Below, in pieces: positions 39,043-48,151 of a DNA stretch of 64,000 bases. A program made the translations under genes and the position numbers. This DNA is from Capsulimonadaceae bacterium. GTDB taxonomy: Bacteria > Armatimonadota > Armatimonadia > Armatimonadales > Capsulimonadaceae. Location of the stretch: positions 5,952,001 through 6,016,000 of the forward strand of contig OZ244065.1 in assembly GCA_965215505.1 (NCBI GenBank), written 5' to 3'. Position 1 is the stretch's first letter. Every line of letters starts with the position of its first letter. Below the pieces are notes generated by a model. It was given only the letters and a program-made list of their open reading frames with translations, ran no database searches and was not told the origin of the DNA.

Positions 39043-40113
39043 CTAGGCCGGGGGCAGCTTGCGGAGCAAGGTGATCCGCCCGATGGGCACCCACTCGGCG
39101 ATCAGGATGTCGCCGTTGTGCAGGAAGTTCGCGGCGTGGGGGTGGATGAACTTGCCGGGGAGGAACGCCGAGCGCGGGGCGTCCCGCAGGCCGGCCGGGT
39201 AGCCGTCGCCGAGGGAGGCCACGACGCGGTTTTCCTTGTCCAAGATCGTCAGGACGCTGTCGAGGTCCGGCACCAGCATCTCGTCCCCGCGCAGCTTGAA
39301 GTGGCAGGGCTGCCGCATCCCGGCCGTGACGACCGAGCGGGGCTTGCCGTCGAGCGTGAAGTATTGCAGGCGGTGGTTCGCCCGGTCCGCCACGACCAGG
39401 GCCGGCTCGCCCAGCCTGTCATCCACCCACAGCCCGTGGGGCGTGTGCAGCTTGCCAGGCTGCGTGCCCGCGCCGCCGAAGGTGCGGACGTACTCGGCCT
39501 GCGCCGAGTACTGGTGTATAAAGCTCGACCCGTAGCCGTCCGCGACGTAGAACCCGCCGTCCGGTCCGAAGGCGACGTTGGTCGGCACGAACGGGCGGCC
39601 GTCCTTGTAGACGTTCGCCTCGGCGGGCGTCCCCTTCTGCCACACGACCTTCCCGTCCAAAGTCGTCTTGGTCACGGTCTTGTGGGCGGTGTCGCAGTGG
39701 TACAGGAACTCCTGCCTGCCCTCTTTCCGCAAGTCCAGCCCGTGCCCGCCGCCCCGGAACTGCTCGCCCCACGACGTCAGGAACTTGCCGCCCTTGTCGA
39801 AGACCACGATGGCATGGCCGACCGGGCTGCTCGGGTGGACGGTGTGCGCGATGTAGATGCGCCCCCGCGCGTCCTGCGCGATGCCCTGCGTGTCCCCCCA
39901 CTGGATGGAGGGCGGGGGCGTCAGCCAGTCCGGCACCCACTCGTACCGGTGCGCGCCCCGGCCCAAGACGAGCGGGCCGGCCCCATCCCCTTTGCCCAGA
40001 GCGTCCGCAAGCGATGCGCCCGTCAGGGACAGGCCCGCCGCCGTGAGAATGCTCCGCGTTAGGAACTGCCGCCGCGTCGTTGCCGTCGCTGATCGCTCTT
40101 CTTCCTGGTTCAT
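39043..40113 (-). CDS. Tat-exported NHL-repeat beta-propeller protein
   Basis: TRRQFL twin-Arg; VADGYG, PHGL, VADRANHRLQ. Confidence 0.85.
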   Translation of the reverse strand: MNQEEERSATATTRRQFLTRSILTAAGLSLTGASLADALGKGDGAGPLVLGRGAHRYEWVPDWLTPPPSIQWGDTQGIAQDARGRIYIAHTVHPSSPVGHAIVVFDKGGKFLTSWGEQFRGGGHGLDLRKEGRQEFLYHCDTAHKTVTKTTLDGKVVWQKGTPAEANVYKDGRPFVPTNVAFGPDGGFYVADGYGSSFIHQYSAQAEYVRTFGGAGTQPGKLHTPHGLWVDDRLGEPALVVADRANHRLQYFTLDGKPRSVVTAGMRQPCHFKLRGDEMLVPDLDSVLTILDKENRVVASLGDGYPAGLRDAPRSAFLPGKFIHPHAANFLHNGDILIAEWVPIGRITLLRKLPPA

Positions 40114-40141
40114 TGCCTGCCTCTTTCTGCCGCGAGGGACT

Positions 40142-40786
40142 TCACCCGTGGTCCGCGTCCGTGTGCGAGAGGGCCGCCGCGATGGCCGCCCGCACCCCGG
40201 CCGTCATCAGGTCCAGCGGCAGCGAGGCCTGGTGCATCCTGTCCTCCGAGATCACCTGCTCCGAAGACAGCGGAAGGTGGATGAACCCGGCCCGGTAGCG
40301 CATGTCCCACTGCGCCGCGTAGTGCAGGGCGTTGTAGAGGATGTGGTTGCAGGCATACGCCCCCGCGTACCCGTGCGCCCGCGCCGGGACGCCCGCCGCG
40401 CGGATTGCGGCGGCGATGCGCTCGGCGTCAACGGTCGCGAACAGCCCGGCTATCCCGTCCGCGATGATGGCCGACTGCGGCAGGTTGGGCGCGACGGGTT
40501 TGTTCGGGTCCACATCCCCTGCGAAGCGCAGGTTGACCGCGAACCGCTCCACCTCCAGGCAGGCCGCGCCCGCCGCCAGCCCCAGCGACAGCACGAGCGT
40601 CGGGCCGTGGTCGGCGATGGCCGCCGTGAGTTGGTCGGCGTCCTCGCCCATCCGCACCGGCAGCGTCAGGCCGACGACGGCCGCGCCGCCGACCGTCTCG
40701 CCGTGCAGACGCTCGGCGATCTGCTGGGAGGGGTTCATCTTGGAGTCGCCGAAGGGGGCGAAGCCGGTCAGGAGTACGGTCGTCAT
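40142..40786 (-). CDS. pcp: Pyroglutamyl-peptidase I
   Basis: LTGFAPFG, NPS, ER, AGAYACN, GFIHLP. Confidence 0.92.
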   Translation of the reverse strand: MTTVLLTGFAPFGDSKMNPSQQIAERLHGETVGGAAVVGLTLPVRMGEDADQLTAAIADHGPTLVLSLGLAAGAACLEVERFAVNLRFAGDVDPNKPVAPNLPQSAIIADGIAGLFATVDAERIAAAIRAAGVPARAHGYAGAYACNHILYNALHYAAQWDMRYRAGFIHLPLSSEQVISEDRMHQASLPLDLMTAGVRAAIAAALSHTDADHG

Positions 40787-40797
40787 CAGATTCCTCC

Positions 40798-41613
40798 TCA
40801 AATTCCCTTTTGCTGCGGGATGTGCCCTTGGAGCCAGGCCCGCTCCCGCGTGTAGACGGGCGGCGTGACCGGCTGCCAGACGCGGCGCTCGACGCCCGTC
40901 GCCGTCCGCGTCTCGCCGGTCCGCTTGTCTACATAGTCCCTGTCTTCAACGACCAGGCCGCGGACTATGCAGCGGCCCCGCTTGAAGCCGCCGGGCATGT
41001 CGTTCCAGTTGATGCCGCATTCCTGCCACAGCATCTCCTGCATCTCGTCCGACGTCTTCCCTTGCAGCCGCTCATGCGGGAGGTGCGCCTGCGCGGTCAT
41101 GGAGACCGAGTTGCGCGTCGCGTCCTGCTGACGCCAGATGAAGTAGTTCTCCACCTCACCCGCATCGGGGATCGTGAACGCGCGGCTGTCGAAGTAGGCG
41201 GTCGGTCCCCCGCGCAGGTCTGCCCCCTCCTGACCGTCAAGGAGCCGCTGCCAGCGGGCCGCGTTGAAATGCGCCGTGGCGATGGAGGCGGAGATCGAGG
41301 TCAGCTTTTGCAGGTTTCCGTCGAACCACGCCTGCGTGTGGCTGTCGGCGAAGTCCGTCAGCAGCAGGCTGATCTCGTCCGACTGGATGTAGGCGATCTG
41401 CGCCCCCTCGATCTGCCGGCAGAGGGCAGCCGCCGTCATGTCCATGTCTTCCATCAGGGGCGCGTCGAAGGGCCGGGCGCAGTCCTTCGTGTAGGAGTGG
41501 AACGCCTTGCCGTCAATGCGGAGGATGGTATAGGTCCGCCGGGGCAGCAGGAAGCGCGTCCGGTCCTCGTAGTGGCCCTTCATCCGGTCGCCGAGGGAGT
41601 CTTTTTGAGCCAT
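40798..41613 (-). CDS. tRNA(His) guanylyltransferase Thg1-like protein
   Basis: RIDGKAFH, QSDEISL, FDG..QK, FDSR, YFIWRQQDATRN. Confidence 0.92.
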   Translation of the reverse strand: MAQKDSLGDRMKGHYEDRTRFLLPRRTYTILRIDGKAFHSYTKDCARPFDAPLMEDMDMTAAALCRQIEGAQIAYIQSDEISLLLTDFADSHTQAWFDGNLQKLTSISASIATAHFNAARWQRLLDGQEGADLRGGPTAYFDSRAFTIPDAGEVENYFIWRQQDATRNSVSMTAQAHLPHERLQGKTSDEMQEMLWQECGINWNDMPGGFKRGRCIVRGLVVEDRDYVDKRTGETRTATGVERRVWQPVTPPVYTRERAWLQGHIPQQKGI

Positions 41614-42170
41614 CGTAGCACATCCATAAGCCGAGCGAAGCCGAGTGGTTGAAAACCACTCGCTAGGAGAAGCGTCCTGCGGACGTAGGAGGTGAGGCGG
41701 GTGCTAGGCGTTTGTTCGCCTGGCACTTCTTCGTCTGGCACTTCTTCGTCTGGCACTTCTTCGTCTGCCTCCTCCCATTCGCCCCAGAGTGGACCCTGAG
41801 AATGATGGCGCTCTTGGTTTTCCGCGTAGCGAACTACTTTGCTGAGTAGCGGGCGGCAGAGGCTGAACACGCCGTAGCCGTCCTGCCAGCGGAAGTATGG
41901 AGTCCGCTTGGTCAGGTCGTTCACGAGGGCCGACGAACTTCCTTTGACTTGTTTCACCAGTTGTGCCGCACAAACTGTTGCCGGTGTGCGGACCACCAGA
42001 TGGATGTGGTCGGGCATCCCGCCGAGGGCAAGGACGTGGCATCCCAGATGTTTTGCCTGCATCTCGAGAAAGGGGTATAGCCGCTCCCGGATTGCAGGCG
42101 TGATGAGCGGTTGCCGTTCCCTCGTCGCCCACACCAGATGTAAATAGATCTCCGATTTGCTCCGCCTCAT
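41580..42170 (-). CDS. tnpA: IS200-type/REP-associated Y1 (HUH) tyrosine transposase
   Basis: HLVWAT, MPDHIHL (HUH), KGSSS, WQDGY, YAENQERHH. Confidence 0.9.
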   Translation of the reverse strand: MRRSKSEIYLHLVWATRERQPLITPAIRERLYPFLEMQAKHLGCHVLALGGMPDHIHLVVRTPATVCAAQLVKQVKGSSSALVNDLTKRTPYFRWQDGYGVFSLCRPLLSKVVRYAENQERHHSQGPLWGEWEEADEEVPDEEVPDEEVPGEQTPSTRLTSYVRRTLLLASGFQPLGFARLMDVLRWLKKTPSATG

Positions 42171-42248
42171 GTCGCAACCTCCTTGCCTTAACGTCCGAAG
42201 GACGCTTCTCCTAGCGAGTGGTTTTCAACCACTCGGCTTCGCTCGGCT
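41629..42248. mobile_element. tnpA element bounded by 58-bp inverted repeats (57/58 identical) with internal hairpins
   Basis: 41629-41686 is the reverse complement of 42191-42248; each holds CGAGTGGTT-GA-AAACCACTCG and CGTCC-NNC-GGACG hairpins. Confidence 0.8.
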
Positions 42249-42265
42249 CCTCTTCGCCTTTCCTC

Positions 42266-43849
42266 CTACTCCAGCCCCTCTTCCGCCCACTCCACCGCCC
42301 GCGTCAGGGCGCGCATCTTGGCGAGCGTCTCCCTATACTCGTACTCCGGCACCGAGTCGGCGACGACGCCGCCCGCCGCCTGGACGTAGATCGTGCCCTC
42401 TTTGACCAGGGCGGTGCGAATCGTGATTGCCGTGTCCATGTCGCCGCTGAAGGAGAAGTACCCGATGCCGCCGCCGTAGTGGCCGCGCCGGGTCGGCTCC
42501 AGTTCCTCGATGATCTCCATCGTCCGCACCTTCGGGGCACCCGTCAGGGTCCCCGCCGGGAAGGAGGCGCGCAGCACGTCGAATTGGTCCAGGCCGTCCC
42601 GCAGAGTTCCCGTCACCTCGGAGACGATGTGCATGACGTGCGAGTATTTCTCGATCACCATCAGCTCATCAACGCTGACCGTGCCGTACTTGGCGACCCG
42701 GCCGATGTCGTTGCGGGCGAGGTCCACCAGCATGATGTGTTCCGCCCGCTCCTTCTCGTCGGCCAAGAGGTCGGCAGCGATGGCGTCATCCTCGGCGGGT
42801 GTCGCGCCGCGCCCGTGCCGCGACCCGGCGATGGGCCGGACGGTGATCTTGCCCCCGCGCTCGCCGACCAGGATTTCGGGCGACGCGCCGACCAGCTTGG
42901 TGTCCCCGAAGTCCAGATAGAACATGTACGGCGACGGGTTGATGGAGCGCAGGGCACGGTAGACGTCGAACGGGTCGGCGTGGAGCGTCTTGGACAACCG
43001 CTGCCCGATCTGCGCCTGGAACGTGTCCCCCGCCGTGATATATTCCTTGGCCCGCAGCACGGCGGCCTTGTAGTCCGCCTCGGTGCGGTTCGGGACAAAG
43101 GCCCCCCCCGCCCCCAATTCTGGGGGTGCCGGAGAAGATGCAGCCGTAGGAGCGCCGCTTGCCGCGCCCTCTTCTTTAGTATCCTCTCCTAATCCGGCAC
43201 CCCCAGAATTGGGGGCGGGGGGGGCCGCCCGTAGCCGCCCCAACAGCTCTCCCACCTTCAGGGCCGCCGCGTCATAGGCCGCGCCAGGATCCTCACCCGG
43301 CGCGATGCGGGCATTGCACAGCGCCAAAATCTTGTGCTTGACGTTGTCGAAGATCAGCAGCGCGTCGGTGAACAGGAAGATGCAGTCGTCAAGCCCCAGG
43401 TCGTCCGTCGCCAAAACCGGCAGCTTCTCGAAGAAGCGCACCGTGTCGTAGCCGATCATGCCGACCGCGCCGCCGACGAACGGCGGCAGCTCCGGGCTGG
43501 AGACGTAGGTATACCGGCCCAGCAATTCCTTCAGAACGTGCAGGGGGTCGCGCTCGCCCGCCTTTAACGTCAGCGTCTCGGTTTGATCGCCCTCGGTGAT
43601 CGTCGCCGTGTCCCCCTTGGAGCGGAAGACCATGAACGGGTCAGTGCCCAAAAACGAGTAGCGTGCCAGCCGCTCGCCGCCCTCCACGCTTTCCAGCAGG
43701 AACGAGTTCGGCCGGCCGCCGGCGACCTTGCGGAAGGCCGAGACCGGCGTCTCCATGTCCGCCAGCGCCTCGCGCCAGACGGGGATGAGGTTGCCCTGCT
43801 TGGCTTTCTCAATAAACTGGTCACGGGTCGGCGATGTCATCGTTGGCAT
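42266..43849 (-). CDS. trpE: Anthranilate synthase component I
   Basis: LLESVEGG, NPSPYM, ASPE, PIAG, KERAEHIMLVDLARND, FPAGTLTGAPK. Confidence 0.96.
   Translation of the reverse strand: MPTMTSPTRDQFIEKAKQGNLIPVWREALADMETPVSAFRKVAGGRPNSFLLESVEGGERLARYSFLGTDPFMVFRSKGDTATITEGDQTETLTLKAGERDPLHVLKELLGRYTYVSSPELPPFVGGAVGMIGYDTVRFFEKLPVLATDDLGLDDCIFLFTDALLIFDNVKHKILALCNARIAPGEDPGAAYDAAALKVGELLGRLRAAPPAPNSGGAGLGEDTKEEGAASGAPTAASSPAPPELGAGGAFVPNRTEADYKAAVLRAKEYITAGDTFQAQIGQRLSKTLHADPFDVYRALRSINPSPYMFYLDFGDTKLVGASPEILVGERGGKITVRPIAGSRHGRGATPAEDDAIAADLLADEKERAEHIMLVDLARNDIGRVAKYGTVSVDELMVIEKYSHVMHIVSEVTGTLRDGLDQFDVLRASFPAGTLTGAPKVRTMEIIEELEPTRRGHYGGGIGYFSFSGDMDTAITIRTALVKEGTIYVQAAGGVVADSVPEYEYRETLAKMRALTRAVEWAEEGLE
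43100..43226. repeat. Palindromic element inside trpE (34-bp perfect inverted arms plus nested REP)
   Basis: 43100-43133 is the reverse complement of 43193-43226; GTAGGAGCG..CGCCCTCTT at 43146-43173. Confidence 0.9.
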
Positions 43850-43888
43850 GGAGTATACCTCAGTCGGTGTGGGCGGACGCGGGCAAGC

Positions 43889-43938
43889 AAAAGAGGGCCG
43901 GGACGTCCTGATGATTCAGGAAACGCCCCGGCCCTCTT
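43889..43938 (-). terminator. trp attenuator terminator
   Basis: AAGAGGGCCGGG...CCCGGCCCTCTTTT on minus strand between leader and trpE. Confidence 0.85.
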
Positions 43939-43976
43939 GAGATAGTGGTTTGCAGCAGCAAGCCGACAAAAGGCGA

Positions 43977-44042
43977 TCAGCGTTCCCCGTCGAAATGGGA
44001 GCGCCACCACCAGGAAGTCAGGCTGTCACTGCCGAGTTGCAT
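43977..44042 (-). CDS. trpL: trp leader peptide MQLGSDSLTSWWWRSHFDGER
   Basis: Three tandem TGG codons, between a promoter and the terminator preceding trpE. Confidence 0.9.
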   Translation of the reverse strand: MQLGSDSLTSWWWRSHFDGER

Positions 44043-44051
44043 GATGTCCAC

Positions 44052-44080
44052 AGTATACAGGTTGCGAAAATGTTTGTCAA
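44052..44080 (-). promoter_or_regulatory. Sigma70 promoter of trpL-trpE
   Basis: TTGACA-N17-TATACT. Confidence 0.88.
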
Positions 44081-44601
44081 CCCTGCCCGGTCATTTCGGG
44101 CGGGAGCGGGACGGCGTCGCCGCCGGGGATGGGGGAGACGCTGTCCACCCAGAGATAGTAGTACTGGCGCGAGACGAACACCCAGGCGTCGCCCCGCCGC
44201 TCCAGTACGTCCTCGTACAGCGCCACGTTGTTGTAGCCGTGCCCGTCCTTGCGCCGGGCGAATTCGGTGGACGGTGCTGTGGCCGTCGCCCGATCGCCGT
44301 CCAGGGTGATGACGGCCCGGAGCGTGGTGCGGAAGAAGAACTCGTTCATGTCGTTGAACTGCTGCTGCGCGGCCAGGATCTGGTCCATCCCCTGCGCGCG
44401 CAGGGGCGCGATGTTCTTCGACCCGTCCGGGTTGAATTGGCCGATCTCCCAGACGCCCTCCGGCGACCAGAGGGCGCGCATGGCCGCCTTGTCGCGCCGC
44501 AGGATTGCGTCGTCGAAGCGGGCCATCAGGCCCAGGATGGCGTTCTCGTCCAGTACCCGCCGCAGGGCGGTCGTCAGGTCTTCGCCTCTTATGCCTGCCA
44601 T
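44077..44601 (-). CDS. SnoaL/NTF2-like family protein
   Basis: ARFDDAI..D, LWSPEGVW, YEDVL.R....W.F..R. Confidence 0.8.
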   Translation of the reverse strand: MAGIRGEDLTTALRRVLDENAILGLMARFDDAILRRDKAAMRALWSPEGVWEIGQFNPDGSKNIAPLRAQGMDQILAAQQQFNDMNEFFFRTTLRAVITLDGDRATATAPSTEFARRKDGHGYNNVALYEDVLERRGDAWVFVSRQYYYLWVDSVSPIPGGDAVPLPPEMTGQG

Positions 44602-44610
44602 GCCGTTCTC

Positions 44611-45237
44611 CTAGCCCTTCCCCGCCTGCGCGATGTCACCCAGGAATCCGTACAAGCCCATGTGCTTGCCGAATACGTCCTGGTTAATGGCCTGAGTCCA
44701 TGGCTCGGACTCGCTGTTCTTGAGTTCCGCGACCACCGAGATCCAGTTGGTCGGGATCACGCCCGCTTGGGTCAGACGCAGGAAGGTGGCGAACTCGGCG
44801 GCGGGACTCCATGTGCCCGAGGCGTCAATGACGGCGTACACATCGTAGCCGGCCCTGACGGCGGACAGGGCCGGGAATAGTAGGCAGACGTCGGTCGTGA
44901 TGGCCGCCATGATCAGCTTCTTCCGGCCCGTCGCCTCTACCGCCTGGCGCGAAGCGTCATCGTTCCAAAGGTTGATTGGAGACCGGTCAATGGGCGTGAT
45001 GTCCGGAAAAAGCCCCCGCAGCTCGGGGATGGTCGGGCCGTTCGGCCCATGGGCCGAACTGGTGGTGAGGACAGTCGGCAGCTTAAGCGCTTGGGCCGTC
45101 TTCGCCAGGGCGAGGACGTTGTTCCTGAGCGTCTGCTGGTCCATGCTCTGCACCCCCAGGAACAGGCCCGCCTGGTGGTCGATCAGGAGCACGGCGCAGT
45201 TATCCGGGGTGAGCGATTCATACAGGCTGTCGTTCAT
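44611..45237 (-). CDS. Isochorismatase-family hydrolase (YcaC-like)
   Basis: LLIDHQ, GPNGP, TDVC, DASG. Confidence 0.88.
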   Translation of the reverse strand: MNDSLYESLTPDNCAVLLIDHQAGLFLGVQSMDQQTLRNNVLALAKTAQALKLPTVLTTSSAHGPNGPTIPELRGLFPDITPIDRSPINLWNDDASRQAVEATGRKKLIMAAITTDVCLLFPALSAVRAGYDVYAVIDASGTWSPAAEFATFLRLTQAGVIPTNWISVVAELKNSESEPWTQAINQDVFGKHMGLYGFLGDIAQAGKG

Positions 45238-45656
45238 CGGTGTGTCTCCTCTTCCTCATCTTTTTCCTCATCTTTTTCCTCATCTTTGATCTTCTTCAGC
45301 AGGGCCGCACCGCTGTTCAGCGGCCCCAGGCTCTGGACGACCGAGGCGAGTTCGGCCACTTTGTGCAGCTCCCCCCAGGTCGCACCGGCCCGGCGGGCGG
45401 CGAGGGCGTGGAACTGGGCGGCGGGCGACTCCTGGGCCAGCAGCATACCGAAGATCACGAGGTTGGTGGTCTTGACGTCAAAGATGTCCGAGACGAAGGC
45501 GTGGGCGCGGGCCTGCTCGGACAGGCGCAGCGCTTCGGGGTCTACCGCCCCACTAAAGGCGAACTTGGCGGCGGGCAGCGGCGGAACCATCCCGAATAGG
45601 GCGGCGTAGCTGTCGTGGAACGCGGCCAAATCCGGGGGCAGATCGGCATCAGGCAT
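45234..45656 (-). CDS. Carboxymuconolactone decarboxylase/AhpD-like protein
   Basis: FDVKT..LV.FG, FHALAARRAGATWGEL; C-terminal (KDEE)3 from a 12-bp repeat. Confidence 0.7.
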   Translation of the reverse strand: MPDADLPPDLAAFHDSYAALFGMVPPLPAAKFAFSGAVDPEALRLSEQARAHAFVSDIFDVKTTNLVIFGMLLAQESPAAQFHALAARRAGATWGELHKVAELASVVQSLGPLNSGAALLKKIKDEEKDEEKDEEEETHR

Positions 45657-45740
45657 GATATATCTGTCTCCTGTGAAGGAGTATGGCCGGGGGAAGGGCG
45701 GCAGCGTTATCAAAAAATTGCTGTCGCGCAGAAAGCGGCG

Positions 45741-46577
45741 TCAGGAGGCCGCCGCGCGGGCATAGGCACCGGGGGAGACGCCTACCAGGCGCTTGAAGTG
45801 CCAGCCGAAGTGGCTGGGGCCGTAAAACCCCGACTCAAAGGCGACATCGCAGGGTGCCAGGCCGCGCGCCAGCAGTGACTTGGCCCGGTCGATCCGTACC
45901 TGCGTCTGGTAGGAATGCGGAGGCAGGCCGAACTCGCGGTGGAAGGCGCGGCAGAAGTGGGACGGGCTGAGGCCGGCGAGGCGGGCCAGCGCGTCCAGAG
46001 TCAGGTCCTCGGCATAGTGAGCGTGCAAATAGTCGCGGGCTGCCGCTAGGGAGCGAGCATCCGGGAGGGACGGGGCGGCTGGCGGGCGGTTCGGGGCGTG
46101 GCGCCCAATCATCTGGGTCAGCACCAGGAGCAGCAGACTATCCTGCTCCAAACGCGGGGCGGGACCGGTCAGGCATCGCCAGAGCTGCCGGAACCGCCCG
46201 GCTAAGGCGGTGTCATTCAAGACGGGCGCGGCGAAGAACGGCTCCGCGACCAGCCGCGCTGTCCGGTCCGCCGCCATCAAGCGCATCGCCTCGGGCGGAA
46301 CATATAAGACATGAAAGACGCTCGGGGCAGGACTGACCAGCAGGTCGGGACTGGAATGCACCTCGCCGGGGTGCAGGACGCTGAGGAGTCCGGCCGGCGC
46401 GGCGTGACTGCCCCCCCGGTAGAAGTGGCGGCACGGGTCGGTCAGCGAGAGGCTGACCTGATACTCCTCGTGGACGTGCCTCGGCAGTGCCCGCGAGAAG
46501 TCCGGCGCAAGGGTATAGCGCTCCAGCAGCAGTGTCTCAAAACGCCGCGCCTCGCACTGGACTGGGGGAGGTGCCAT
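45741..46577 (-). CDS. AraC-family transcriptional regulator
   Basis: HVHEEY cupin; LSPSHFCRAF, GFYGPSHF..FKR. Confidence 0.92.
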   Translation of the reverse strand: MAPPPVQCEARRFETLLLERYTLAPDFSRALPRHVHEEYQVSLSLTDPCRHFYRGGSHAAPAGLLSVLHPGEVHSSPDLLVSPAPSVFHVLYVPPEAMRLMAADRTARLVAEPFFAAPVLNDTALAGRFRQLWRCLTGPAPRLEQDSLLLLVLTQMIGRHAPNRPPAAPSLPDARSLAAARDYLHAHYAEDLTLDALARLAGLSPSHFCRAFHREFGLPPHSYQTQVRIDRAKSLLARGLAPCDVAFESGFYGPSHFGWHFKRLVGVSPGAYARAAAS

Positions 46578-46625
46578 GCTTCCTTCTTCCACGCATCGGC
46601 AGGGCGTAAACTTTGCAAGCCCACG

Positions 46626-47333
46626 CTAAGAAATTCGGTAAATGCCACCCCGAAGCTGCGGGAACCAGTCCGGGCGGTAGGAGGCGGGGCGGGCGGTGAA
46701 CACCTCGCCGGAGGGCAGCGCGACGGCGCTCAGGAAGCCGCCCATGCCGCAGCCGGTGTCCACGCCGATGTACTGCTTCGTCCGCGCGAACATGACTTTG
46801 GGGAACGGGGTGTGGCCGCGCACGACGGTCTGCTTCCACCACGGCTGACCCTCGCCTTTGACTTTGCCCCAGCGCAAGGCACCCGTGGACTGCATCGGGA
46901 GCGGCAAGGCAAGGTCCCACCCGGCGTGTGTGAAGATGTATTTGTCGGTGATGTAGAAGGGCAGGGTCCAGGGATGAAGCTGGGCGTACAGGTGCAGGTG
47001 GGGCAGGGGCAGGGAGTTCGGGTCGCCCGGCGCGAGTGCGTACCCGGCACGGTCGTAGGAGTCGAGCGTGGCCTGACCATTCAGGCTGGCCAGCGTCGCG
47101 ATGTCGCCTTCCTCCAGGAAGAGCAGCATGGCCTCCTCGTGGTTGCCCTGGATGAAGACCCTAGGGCAGCGGTCGAAGGCGACGATCTGCTCGATGCAGT
47201 CGAATGGGTCCAGCCCACGGTTGATGACGTCGCCGAGGAAGACCACGAGGTCGGAGGGCTGAACGGGCAGCTTTGCCAGAAGTTCGCGCAGCGCCCCCGC
47301 CTCCCCGTGAACGTCGCCGACGGCGTAGATCAC
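46626..47333 (-). CDS. Metallophosphoesterase (PPP/ApaH-like)
   Basis: GDVHG, LGDVINRG, GNHE, HAG, GHT, VDTG. Confidence 0.9.
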   Translation of the reverse strand: MIYAVGDVHGEAGALRELLAKLPVQPSDLVVFLGDVINRGLDPFDCIEQIVAFDRCPRVFIQGNHEEAMLLFLEEGDIATLASLNGQATLDSYDRAGYALAPGDPNSLPLPHLHLYAQLHPWTLPFYITDKYIFTHAGWDLALPLPMQSTGALRWGKVKGEGQPWWKQTVVRGHTPFPKVMFARTKQYIGVDTGCGMGGFLSAVALPSGEVFTARPASYRPDWFPQLRGGIYRIS

Positions 47334-48109
47334 GCCGCGTCCCCGATGTAGGGGCGGACGACCTCGCGCATCTGGTCGAGCGACTGCCACTCGTCGCCGG
47401 GGCTGTCGTAGATCAGGATGTGCGGCCCCGCAAAGCCCGCGTCTTTGCAGATGTCCAGGCAGCGCACGAAGTCCTCACGGTTCATCTGGCCCGGCGTCGG
47501 GAAACTCGCCTTGGCGTGCGTACATTCGGCCATGGGCGCGATCTTCGGCAGGTCGGTATACTTGCGCTCACCCGGCCAGTTTCCGAAGTCCAGTTTCAGG
47601 CCGACTCGCCCCCCCATGTCTTCCAGCAGGGTGACGACCTCGGCGGGCTTGTCCAGCAGCGCGTGCCAGTTTTCCACCACGACCCGGATGCCGTGCGCGT
47701 CGGCGTGGGCCAAAACTTCTTCCAAACCCGCTTCGCTGACGGCCAGCGCCTCCGCGCTCGGCGCGGCGTCCCCGGCGATGACCCGGACGCGCCTGCCGCC
47801 GCAGGCGGCGGCGACCTCGATCCAGTGCTGCATCATGGCGACCACCTTGGCCCGCTCGGCGGGGTCCGGGTGAGTCAGGTCGCCGGTGTCAATCAGCAGC
47901 GTGTAGAACTCGACGTGGGCCGCTTCCAGGGCCGCTTTGAACTCGGCGAGGTAGCCGGGGACGGTGCTGGGGAAGTGGAAGTGGCAGACCTCCAGCTTGG
48001 ACAGCCCGTGCGCGGCGGCCTGGGCGGGGATGTTCAGAAGAGGCGTGCCTGCCGTGATGGACTTGTTCAGGCTCCAGGTGGAGACGCCGAGGCGGGGGTG
48101 GAGTGACAC
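47330..48109 (-). CDS. Sugar phosphate isomerase/epimerase TIM-barrel protein
   Basis: VENWH, LDFGN, HAK. Confidence 0.8.
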   Translation of the reverse strand: MSLHPRLGVSTWSLNKSITAGTPLLNIPAQAAAHGLSKLEVCHFHFPSTVPGYLAEFKAALEAAHVEFYTLLIDTGDLTHPDPAERAKVVAMMQHWIEVAAACGGRRVRVIAGDAAPSAEALAVSEAGLEEVLAHADAHGIRVVVENWHALLDKPAEVVTLLEDMGGRVGLKLDFGNWPGERKYTDLPKIAPMAECTHAKASFPTPGQMNREDFVRCLDICKDAGFAGPHILIYDSPGDEWQSLDQMREVVRPYIGDAA

Positions 48110-48151
48110 GGAGATATTGACCTTTCTGAAAGCGGCGGAGGCGGGCGCTCC

